This document shows, one piece after another, positions 25,485 to 32,000 of a stretch of 32,000 nt of DNA (position 1 is the first letter of the stretch; every line of letters begins with the position of its first letter). The stretch lies in contig NC_015931.1 of assembly GCF_000223395.1 (NCBI RefSeq), forward strand, positions 240,001 to 272,000, read 5' to 3'. The DNA is from Pyrolobus fumarii 1A (GTDB lineage: Archaea; Thermoproteota; Thermoprotei_A; Sulfolobales; Pyrodictiaceae). Under the pieces are notes generated by a model. That model saw only the letters and a list, made by a program, of their open reading frames with translations, had not been told where the DNA came from and ran no database searches. Made by a program: the position numbers and the translations under genes.

Positions 25485-26012
25485 CTACAAACTCCCTGAT
25501 AACACTGGCACATCCCTACCGATAATACCTTGCCTCAAGAGTTTGACGTAGACGACAGCCGCCTCGCCCCACTCGTAATAACCTGGTATAATGCGGATGG
25601 CGCGGTAACCGTGAGCCTCGTAGAATCGCCTTGCGGCATGGTTAGAGACCCATGTCTCAAGAAAAACAAGGCTGAACCCGTTGTTCTCGAGCAGATACTC
25701 TATGCTCGAGAGTAGTGCGGAGCCAACTTTGCACCTCCTATACTCTGGTGTAACCGCCATGTTAGCTATGTGGGCTAGGCCGCCCTCGTAGGGCACCGCC
25801 ATAACGAAACCTGCAATCTTGCCGTTGCATATGGCTATCAGCGAGTAGCCGGAGGAAAGCGCGGCTATAAACCGGAAATACTCCCAGGGGTATGGTCTCT
25901 CGAAACTCTCCACCTCAACGATATACGCTTCGCGTAGATGCTCTTCGCGTAGCTCGGTTACGATGAGATGCTCGCAGCAATGTCTCCCCGTCAACAGCTT
26001 AACCCGTAACAT
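25485..26012 (-). CDS. rimI: GNAT-family N-acetyltransferase (RimI/Ard1-like)
   Basis: It has an acetyl-CoA binding-type segment 'RRCKVGSALLSSIEYLLENNGF' and a 'FYEAHGYR' tail, with typical RimI length and organisation. The gene ends 3 nt before the polB start. Confidence 0.8.
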   Translation of the reverse strand: MLRVKLLTGRHCCEHLIVTELREEHLREAYIVEVESFERPYPWEYFRFIAALSSGYSLIAICNGKIAGFVMAVPYEGGLAHIANMAVTPEYRRCKVGSALLSSIEYLLENNGFSLVFLETWVSNHAARRFYEAHGYRAIRIIPGYYEWGEAAVVYVKLLRQGIIGRDVPVLSGSL

Positions 26013-26038
26013 GTCGTCAACGGTAACCGGAGATAGCT

Positions 26039-27112
26039 GTGAAGGTAACGCACGTGGATCTCAAGCGGGGAGTAGTGGCCGTCGTACCCGAGACTAGCGA
26101 TGACATCTGGTTGCTGAGCCTCGTAATAAAACCCGGCGACTACGTGAAGGGCAAGACTGTGAGGGATGTGCGCTTTGGCGAGAGAGGCAGTGGGCGATCG
26201 CGTAGAGTCGCAATGGTGTTAACCATACGCGTTGAGAATGTAGAGTTTCAGCCATTCTCGTCTAAACTTCGAATACGAGGTGTGGTAGTGGAAGGCCCCG
26301 AGAGGTTCGGTGTAAAGGGCAAGCATCACACAATAACAGTTGATGTCGGGCAAGAGATAGTCATCGTCAAAGAGGAGGGGTGGCCTCGCCCGCTCTTGGA
26401 GAGACTGCAGCAAGCTAGCAGGGGGCTTCGAGCCGTACTAGCAGCTGTAGACTACGATGAATACGCGGTAGCTGTGCTGCAAGGGCAAGGCGTACGTATA
26501 GTGGTGGATCACTCGATGAGCCTGCCGGGCAAGGATGACCCAAGAAGAGGCGAGATACTGCACCAGGAGCTCGTAACCCTAGCGAAAAAGATAGTCGAAA
26601 CTGCGAAGAAGGAGGACACGCGCGTGGTAGTGATAGGCGGGCCAGGGTTCCTGAAAGAGCGGGTAGCGGAGCTTGTGAGGCAATTAGATACTGGTTTGCG
26701 TGTGTACACAGAGACTGCGGCAACGGGCGGGGTGGCAGGAGTATACGAGATCATAAGACGTGGAAAGATACGTGAAATTCTAGGTGAGCTTGCAGCTCTC
26801 GAGGCAGAGGAGTTCCTGGAGAAATTTGAGAGACTGCTAGTTCAGAAGCCCGAACTAGTCACATACACTCTTGACCATGTGGAGAGGGCTGCGGAAATGG
26901 GTGCTATCGAGGAGCTGCTAGTCTTAGACGAGCTGCTTCACAGTCCAGACCCGGATGTAAGGATTAGAGTGGAGGAGGTTCTACGGAAAGCCGATGCGAC
27001 AAGAGCAAAGATACGCTTTGTTAGCCTAGAGACGCCCGCCGGGCTGAAACTCAAATCGTTTGGCGGCATAGCAGCGATACTACGCTACCCAGTGGAACAA
27101 GTCGTATCGTGA
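26039..27112 (+). CDS. pelA: Pelota (Dom34 homologue), ribosome rescue/mRNA surveillance factor
   Basis: The N-terminus 'KVTHVDLKRGVVAVVPETSDDIWLLSLVIKPGDYVKGKTVRDV' is the characteristic Pelota N-domain. The 357-aa protein has eRF1-like central and C-terminal domains ('VVIGGPGFLKE'). The start is GTG. Confidence 0.9.
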   Translation: MKVTHVDLKRGVVAVVPETSDDIWLLSLVIKPGDYVKGKTVRDVRFGERGSGRSRRVAMVLTIRVENVEFQPFSSKLRIRGVVVEGPERFGVKGKHHTITVDVGQEIVIVKEEGWPRPLLERLQQASRGLRAVLAAVDYDEYAVAVLQGQGVRIVVDHSMSLPGKDDPRRGEILHQELVTLAKKIVETAKKEDTRVVVIGGPGFLKERVAELVRQLDTGLRVYTETAATGGVAGVYEIIRRGKIREILGELAALEAEEFLEKFERLLVQKPELVTYTLDHVERAAEMGAIEELLVLDELLHSPDPDVRIRVEEVLRKADATRAKIRFVSLETPAGLKLKSFGGIAAILRYPVEQVVS

Positions 27113-27154
27113 GTAGCACGGCGGGCCTCGCTGCTTACCAGTTATAAGCGTAAT

Positions 27155-27787
27155 GTGAAGCTAGTGGCTCGGGGCTACAGCGTGCCAAGGAACGTCTATC
27201 TTGTGGCGTCTCGTGACGGGCGTTTATACCCAGCACGTAGTCTCAGGGAAGCCCTCGAAAAGGCAATGGAGCTTGAACCCCCTGTAAGGATCTATCGTGG
27301 TGTGCTTGTCGCGGAGCTGGATCGTGACGAGATAGAAGAGTTGAAGAGTGTGCTGATGGCAAGTGAGAGGCGCGTCGTAGTCTCCGAGGAGGGTAGGCGC
27401 GAGAAAAACAGGGATGCTACATTAGCTATCGTTGTTTTTGACCAGATGTTTCGCGGCTTCGGCGATATAGTCGGACGCGAGTTAGGCAGGGTTATCGAGG
27501 TGCACGAGGTAGCTGGCAGGGGTGTGGAGAAGCCGGTTAAGATGGGACATGTTATCCTAGACCCTGCACACGACGACTATGATATCATGAAGCTGTTGGA
27601 TAGGCTGCGTTCACGAGGATGTCCAGTGATATTCTTCACTGGTGACAAGAAACTTGCGCAACAGGCTAGTACACTAGATGGTGTGTTTGTCGAGTACCTG
27701 CCGCCGAGCGAAATACCCGGTAAGGAAATAGCGATTCGGATGATGCTGGAGCGTATACGCGAGATTTTGAAGGAGGTCTGGGCTTAA
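27155..27787 (+). CDS. Hypothetical protein with a C-terminal PIN/NYN-like segment
   Basis: 'LAIVVFDQMFRGFGD', 'VILDPAHDDYDIMKLL' and 'PVIFFTGDKKLAQQAS' are spaced like the acidic-residue strands of PIN/NYN/Mut7-C-type nucleases. The call is by eye only. The start is GTG 27155, 42 nt after pelota. Confidence 0.6.
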   Translation: MKLVARGYSVPRNVYLVASRDGRLYPARSLREALEKAMELEPPVRIYRGVLVAELDRDEIEELKSVLMASERRVVVSEEGRREKNRDATLAIVVFDQMFRGFGDIVGRELGRVIEVHEVAGRGVEKPVKMGHVILDPAHDDYDIMKLLDRLRSRGCPVIFFTGDKKLAQQASTLDGVFVEYLPPSEIPGKEIAIRMMLERIREILKEVWA

Positions 27788-27789
27788 CC

Positions 27790-28398
27790 GTGAGCCACGA
27801 GACTCTAAGGGTCCTTGATGCCATTATTGACGAGGTTGCAGAGAAGCTTAGGGACAGAATATTGAGCTTTAGGCATCTTAGCCTATCGGAGATCGCCGAG
27901 ACCGTTGAGAGGATAGTCTGTAGCGAGTGGGGTAAGATAAGGCCGATAACCGAGCTTGTTGAGATCGGTGAGGAGTGTAGCACACGCGTTAGGAGTGTTG
28001 AGGAGTATCTGGGGTTTCTCCGTTCAGAGCTAAAGAGAGTTGCAGATAGGCTGGTAGACCTTGCTATGGAAGCTCTCGCTAAACATGTAGAGACGTTGCC
28101 AGACGGCGTATACGCTAGGCTATCGTGGTTGATTGTTAGCTTCTCTAGCAGGGTTTCGCATCGCATCATGAAGCTCTTGAAACTCATAGAGGGTAGGCCG
28201 GAGATTGCGCCGCTGGCAGAGTTTCTCACGATACTCGTATCCATACGTGCAGTCGCGTTCTATAGGATAGTCGCCAGGATGGCGAGTAGTGAGGTAGCTA
28301 AGGTGCTTGACGCTTTTGAGGCGTTCGCGGCGGCCGTCGAGGTAGAGGAGGATACTATAATTGAGCGGTTAGAGCGCGGTGTGTACGTGTTAGTCTAA
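27790..28398 (+). CDS. Hypothetical all-helical protein
   Basis: The 202-aa ORF starts (GTG) 2 nt after the preceding stop. No motif recognised. Confidence 0.55.
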   Translation: MSHETLRVLDAIIDEVAEKLRDRILSFRHLSLSEIAETVERIVCSEWGKIRPITELVEIGEECSTRVRSVEEYLGFLRSELKRVADRLVDLAMEALAKHVETLPDGVYARLSWLIVSFSSRVSHRIMKLLKLIEGRPEIAPLAEFLTILVSIRAVAFYRIVARMASSEVAKVLDAFEAFAAAVEVEEDTIIERLERGVYVLV

Positions 28399-28400
28399 GT

Positions 28401-28829
28401 TTAGAACTCGCACACCAATAATGGTCTGGGTTTGAAGAAGACAATAGTAGTTAGGAACTGGCGGTGCACCGGATCGTCAACGAGTTTAGCTGCATCGCCA
28501 GTCTTTAACAATAGAATATTATCATGCTCCTGTATTACATCGGAATCTATGAAGGCTTCAACTGCAAAGACGAGATGGTAATCGTTCTCGCTCTTAACCT
28601 CCGCAAACCAGACAACAGCAACAACCTTAACGAGCCGCTCGTTACCAGCTATCTGCGTGGCTAACCTTCTAGCCGCAGAGCATATGGTTTCGCCCTCTTT
28701 CAGCCATGTCTCCGGGAGACGAAGCACCCCCCGCTCCTTCACTAGTATCGTGCTGTTACCCGACAATCCGAAGAGTATTATCCTCACGGGTACAAGTGCG
28801 CGTGCCTCAGCCAAGGCCCCTCCAGGCAC
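28401..28829 (-). CDS. Hypothetical protein with a degenerate Nudix-box-like segment
   Basis: 'LPETWLKEGETICSAARRLATQIAGNE' aligns to the Nudix box GX5EX7REUXEEXGU, but with RE->RR and EE->TQ. Confidence 0.5.
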   Translation of the reverse strand: MPGGALAEARALVPVRIILFGLSGNSTILVKERGVLRLPETWLKEGETICSAARRLATQIAGNERLVKVVAVVWFAEVKSENDYHLVFAVEAFIDSDVIQEHDNILLLKTGDAAKLVDDPVHRQFLTTIVFFKPRPLLVCEF

Positions 28830-28865
28830 ATAGACCCCAGCCGTCTCCTTAGTCCCAGAGGAGGA

Positions 28866-29099
28866 TTGAAATATATGAGCCGTCGCATAGTGCGTGAGTT
28901 GTTGTCTAGGAAGACCCCAGATGGCTCCTACCTAGTGCCGTTGCGTAACACACCAGAGGCAGTGAAGCTGCTTGAAAACTTCAACGGAGTGAGTGTCGAG
29001 GATGCGGGTGACGTGCTTCTCGTAAAGACGCGTGCCAGGAGCGTCGCCGAGAGGATAGCTGTGCTAGCGTTGAAGAAAAGGCTACTAGCGTTAGAGTGA
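28866..29099 (+). CDS. Hypothetical small protein
   Basis: A 77-aa ORF (TTG 28866, alternative ATG 28875). Its 3' end overlaps the 3' end of the convergent glycosylase gene by 9 nt. No motif. Confidence 0.35.
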   Translation: MKYMSRRIVRELLSRKTPDGSYLVPLRNTPEAVKLLENFNGVSVEDAGDVLLVKTRARSVAERIAVLALKKRLLALE

Positions 29100-30023
29100 A
29101 GCTTCAGGCGGTGTATACTTCCAGAGTGATACTGGGCTCGGCTCGGCTAAGCCAGGCTTGTTCAGCCCCTTCTCGAGCCTCTCCAAAGCCTTTCGAAGAG
29201 GCTGTGCGTCGAAGCCTATAGTCGTGTGTAGAGCGGCTAATCCAACCCATCTTCCAAACTTAGCTTGTAGGGCGGCTCTGACACCGCTCTTAGGCACAGT
29301 GTAAGCCTTAGATGCTAGGGCCTCCAGCCAACGGTCAAGCGGTAATACAGAGTAGTCGCGGCACGCAATTAGCCTAACCAGTGCGTGGGTATAGGGGCCA
29401 ACACCCCTCACACCACGCAAATCGTCAACATCCTTGCACGTAGCCGGCGGGTTCCTAGCAACCTCTAGTACCGTGCGGTAACGATACCCTAACCTTGCTT
29501 CGCGTAAAACACTCTCGTCAAGATCGCCGGGTCTCGGCACCATAAGATAGACCCGACCATCGGGCAGCCTGGCACGCACGGATGCAAGCAGGTGGAGCTT
29601 GTATAACATGCCCCAACCTTGTCTAAAGCTAGCGTTCTGCTGGCAAACAGCAACGAGAAAAGCATACCATGGCGAGGCGCGACGCAGCCGCAAACCAGGC
29701 ATCACATCAGCTACGCCACCAACTAGAGGGTCGCCACGCGCCAAGCCCCAGTACTCAGATAGGTCCTCATGCAGCCCCAGAACATCAATGGCGTCTTTCA
29801 AAGGGTCGCACGGGGGCTCAGAGGGGCAGAACGCGCGTAACAGTACACGTGACTTTCCAGTTTCACACGCCTCTATGATACAATTGCAAACCTCGAGTAA
29901 GCCGCAGGAGGCACCCCAATACATCCAGCCAAAACTATACGTCTTCATAGTATCGACGAGACTGTAGCCGGGTGTGGCCCTAGCCTCATCCTCAGCCCAT
30001 AGTCTAAGCTCGACACTCCTCAT
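29091..30023 (-). CDS. HhH-GPD superfamily DNA glycosylase (AlkA-like, probably monofunctional)
   Basis: The helix-hairpin-helix reads 'LRGVRGVGPYTHALVRLIA', followed by the catalytic-Asp region 'VLPLDRW'. There is no Lys at the Ogg1/Nth lyase position (GVGPY). 'AFLVAVCQQNASFRQG' is typical of the family core. The start overlaps the lhr stop (ATGA-type, 30020-30023). Confidence 0.75.
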   Translation of the reverse strand: MRSVELRLWAEDEARATPGYSLVDTMKTYSFGWMYWGASCGLLEVCNCIIEACETGKSRVLLRAFCPSEPPCDPLKDAIDVLGLHEDLSEYWGLARGDPLVGGVADVMPGLRLRRASPWYAFLVAVCQQNASFRQGWGMLYKLHLLASVRARLPDGRVYLMVPRPGDLDESVLREARLGYRYRTVLEVARNPPATCKDVDDLRGVRGVGPYTHALVRLIACRDYSVLPLDRWLEALASKAYTVPKSGVRAALQAKFGRWVGLAALHTTIGFDAQPLRKALERLEKGLNKPGLAEPSPVSLWKYTPPEASL

Positions 30024-32000
30024 GCCACCGCTTCACCCTCTTCCCCACTACGAGAGTTGCCCCTCCTCGCAGCGAGCAGCTCCATAACACGGCGGTGAAG
30101 CTCAGCCAACAGCCTCCTCCTATCCTCCATCAACACAACATCACTATATCCCTTGACCACTAGGTGGTGAGCGAATGGGCTAGGCACCCTAGTAGGGCCG
30201 AAGTAGTCGAGCTTCACGCGCCCCTCCTCGACCCACCGTAGAACCTGCTCGGCATTAGCAACGTCCATGTAATCCTCCAGTATCTCGCGATAAGCCTCCT
30301 TTAACACCGGAAAGTCTCCAAGCTGCTCTACAGCTTGTAGTAGAGCCTGAGCGTTGATCTGCATACGGTGAACGCTGCGCTCCCTACCGCGGTACCTCCG
30401 CAGTATCATCAACGCGCGCTCAGCACAGTGACGGAAACGCCTCTTTAGCAGCTCGGTGTTCCTCAAGACCCTCTTTAGAATATCTCTAAGCTCCCTGCTC
30501 TTCACCGCGCGCGATAGTTTAACAACGAGGTCCATGTCTATAGCGTCGGTGCCGTCCACTGTCAGCATAAAGCCGTTGTCAGACACCGTTATCCTAACTG
30601 GCTTAGCGAGCCACTCGGCAAGGTAGTATGCATAGGCCCTGGAGAGCGCGTCGTTGACACGGCGCCCGAAGAGAGAGTGGAAGATGACGTTGCTTGTCTC
30701 ACTCTCATCGTCTATGAACAGCTCGACTAGTATCATACGGTCGTTTGGCACTTTCCCGCCGGTAAACTCGACCTGCTCCCTGATATACTCGTAGATGTTC
30801 TCGGCTGCGTGTCTCTCTAGGAGGTATTCGCGTACAAGCCAGTCTACAATCTCCTCGCGGCTAACGCCGTTCATGATGGCCTCTGCTATCTTCCTCCTAA
30901 ACTCGCCGACGAGAAGCGCAGAGTCGAAAGCCAAGGGTAGCATCTCGGAGAACCAGACTGGCACCGTTGGCTTCACGCCCTCCACGGGCTCAACTATGAC
31001 CCTGGCACCCTCGCTCCGTATGAACCTGTAAGTCCTACCACCCAGTACGAAGATGTCGCCAGGCGAGAGTATCTGTACAAAGGCCTCCTCTAGGTCACCC
31101 ACATAGCGGCCATCACGCGTATAGACGTGTATCTTCGCCTCATCGGGGATAGCACCGACATTAGGCGCGTAGATGGCTCGTGTGCTACGCTTCTTTCCGA
31201 ACTCGCCCTTCTCCTCGTCAAGCCATATCTTCGCGTATACCTTCATCTCCTCGAGGGTATCCGGGTAGAGCCCCGCAAGATAGCGCAGCGTGTTGATAAA
31301 GTCGCGGTAATCTAGCGTGTGGAAGGAGTAGCTCCTCCGGACTAACTTGTAAGCCTCCTCTATCTTCCACCTCCTCTCAAGAGCCATGCCAACCAGGTGC
31401 TGCGCCAGTATGTCAAGCGGGTTCCGCGGTATATGCACACGGTCTATCTTCCTCTCCATGGCAGCCTTAGCCAACACAGTACACTCGACGAGATCATCGC
31501 GGTCAACCACAATTATCCTGCCCTTGCTCACCTGCCTTATATGGTGGCCAGCTCGCCCAACTCTCTGTAGCAACCTGGAGACGCTTTTCGGGCTACTGAG
31601 TAGCACCACGAGATCGATATAACCGATGTCTATGCCAAGTTCGAGGCTAGTAGAGGAGACTACGACCTTTAGCTCTCCGCGCTTCAGCTTCTCCTCAACC
31701 TCCAGCCTCAAGTCCCTAGAAAGGCTGCTATGGTGTGCCTCTATCTCGTCCATGTCGGCGATGCCCTCCGCTGCCAGCAGTTTCCTAAGCTTGTACACCA
31801 CACGCTCTGTCGCACTCCTCGTGTTTGTGAAGACTAGAGTGGTCCTATGCTCCATCACGAGCCTGGCAAGGAGTCTATAGATGGCCTCGTTGACCTCCTC
31901 GGCGGGAGTGTTTATCAGGTCCCTCACGGGGCACAGAACGCGAATGTCAATGGGCTTGGCGAAACGAGCATCAACTATCTTACAGGAGCGTGGCTCACCA
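30020..32000 (-). CDS. lhr: Lhr-type superfamily 2 ATP-dependent helicase, C-terminal two-thirds (N-terminus outside the window)
   Basis: The frame stays open to nt 32000. Helicase motifs IV-VI are present ('LVFTNTRSATE', 'HHSSLSRDLRLEVEEKLKRGELKVVVSSTSLELGIDIG', 'LQRVGRAGH'), followed by the long Lhr/DEAD-associated C-terminal region. Confidence 0.9.
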   Translation of the reverse strand, partial: GEPRSCKIVDARFAKPIDIRVLCPVRDLINTPAEEVNEAIYRLLARLVMEHRTTLVFTNTRSATERVVYKLRKLLAAEGIADMDEIEAHHSSLSRDLRLEVEEKLKRGELKVVVSSTSLELGIDIGYIDLVVLLSSPKSVSRLLQRVGRAGHHIRQVSKGRIIVVDRDDLVECTVLAKAAMERKIDRVHIPRNPLDILAQHLVGMALERRWKIEEAYKLVRRSYSFHTLDYRDFINTLRYLAGLYPDTLEEMKVYAKIWLDEEKGEFGKKRSTRAIYAPNVGAIPDEAKIHVYTRDGRYVGDLEEAFVQILSPGDIFVLGGRTYRFIRSEGARVIVEPVEGVKPTVPVWFSEMLPLAFDSALLVGEFRRKIAEAIMNGVSREEIVDWLVREYLLERHAAENIYEYIREQVEFTGGKVPNDRMILVELFIDDESETSNVIFHSLFGRRVNDALSRAYAYYLAEWLAKPVRITVSDNGFMLTVDGTDAIDMDLVVKLSRAVKSRELRDILKRVLRNTELLKRRFRHCAERALMILRRYRGRERSVHRMQINAQALLQAVEQLGDFPVLKEAYREILEDYMDVANAEQVLRWVEEGRVKLDYFGPTRVPSPFAHHLVVKGYSDVVLMEDRRRLLAELHRRVMELLAARRGNSRSGEEGEAVA

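Noticed and set aside
1-32000. CRISPR arrays, IS elements or transposases, rRNA genes, inteins in polB, and origin-of-replication features (ORB repeats).
   Set aside because: I saw no regularly spaced direct repeats and no transposase or integrase-like ORFs. PolB has a compact 803-aa length with contiguous motifs. No long A/T-rich unwinding region or repeated ORB-like boxes were noticed by eye. A computational repeat search would be more reliable.

Overview
This window looks like a chromosomal segment of a hyperthermophilic crenarchaeon, probably Desulfurococcales or Pyrodictiaceae-like. The basis is archaea-specific genes (pantoate kinase, Pelota, an 803-aa PolB3-type polymerase), a tRNA intron with a bulge-helix-bulge motif, an archaeal SRP RNA, and stable-RNA genes that stand out as GC spikes against coding DNA of about 45-60% GC. 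From unverified memory, an 803-aa PolB is reported for Pyrodictium occultum. I call about 35 protein genes, mostly housekeeping. They include a [NiFe]-hydrogenase large-subunit 3' end plus a 2x[4Fe-4S] ferredoxin, TrmY, the CoA genes (pantoate kinase, CoaBC and, 15 kb away, PanB) and an MBL-fold hydrolase. Others are TldD, aspartate dehydrogenase, CstA, an ArsA/Get3-like ATPase, Fe-ADH, GatA, MetE, PolB, a GNAT acetyltransferase, Pelota, an AlkA-like glycosylase and an Lhr-type helicase truncated by the window edge. The RNA genes are an SRP (7S) RNA on the minus strand, an intron-containing tRNA-Thr(UGU), and an orphan GC-rich structured-RNA candidate of about 235 nt (1296-1533) that I cannot assign to any family. 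I saw no rRNA, CRISPR array, transposase or integrase. The most interesting items are listed here.
1. The orphan structured RNA upstream of trmY.
2. A low-GC 691-aa surface protein with a type-IV-pilin-like signal peptide, wedged between the SRP RNA and tRNA-Thr.
3. A Pelota, PIN/NYN-like and helical-protein co-directional trio.
4. A small protein carrying AEP (primase-polymerase)-like motifs.
5. An Lhr helicase translationally coupled to a DNA glycosylase.
6. An uncharacterised three-gene membrane module downstream of panB.
All functional calls rest on motif recognition by eye, and no database search was run.
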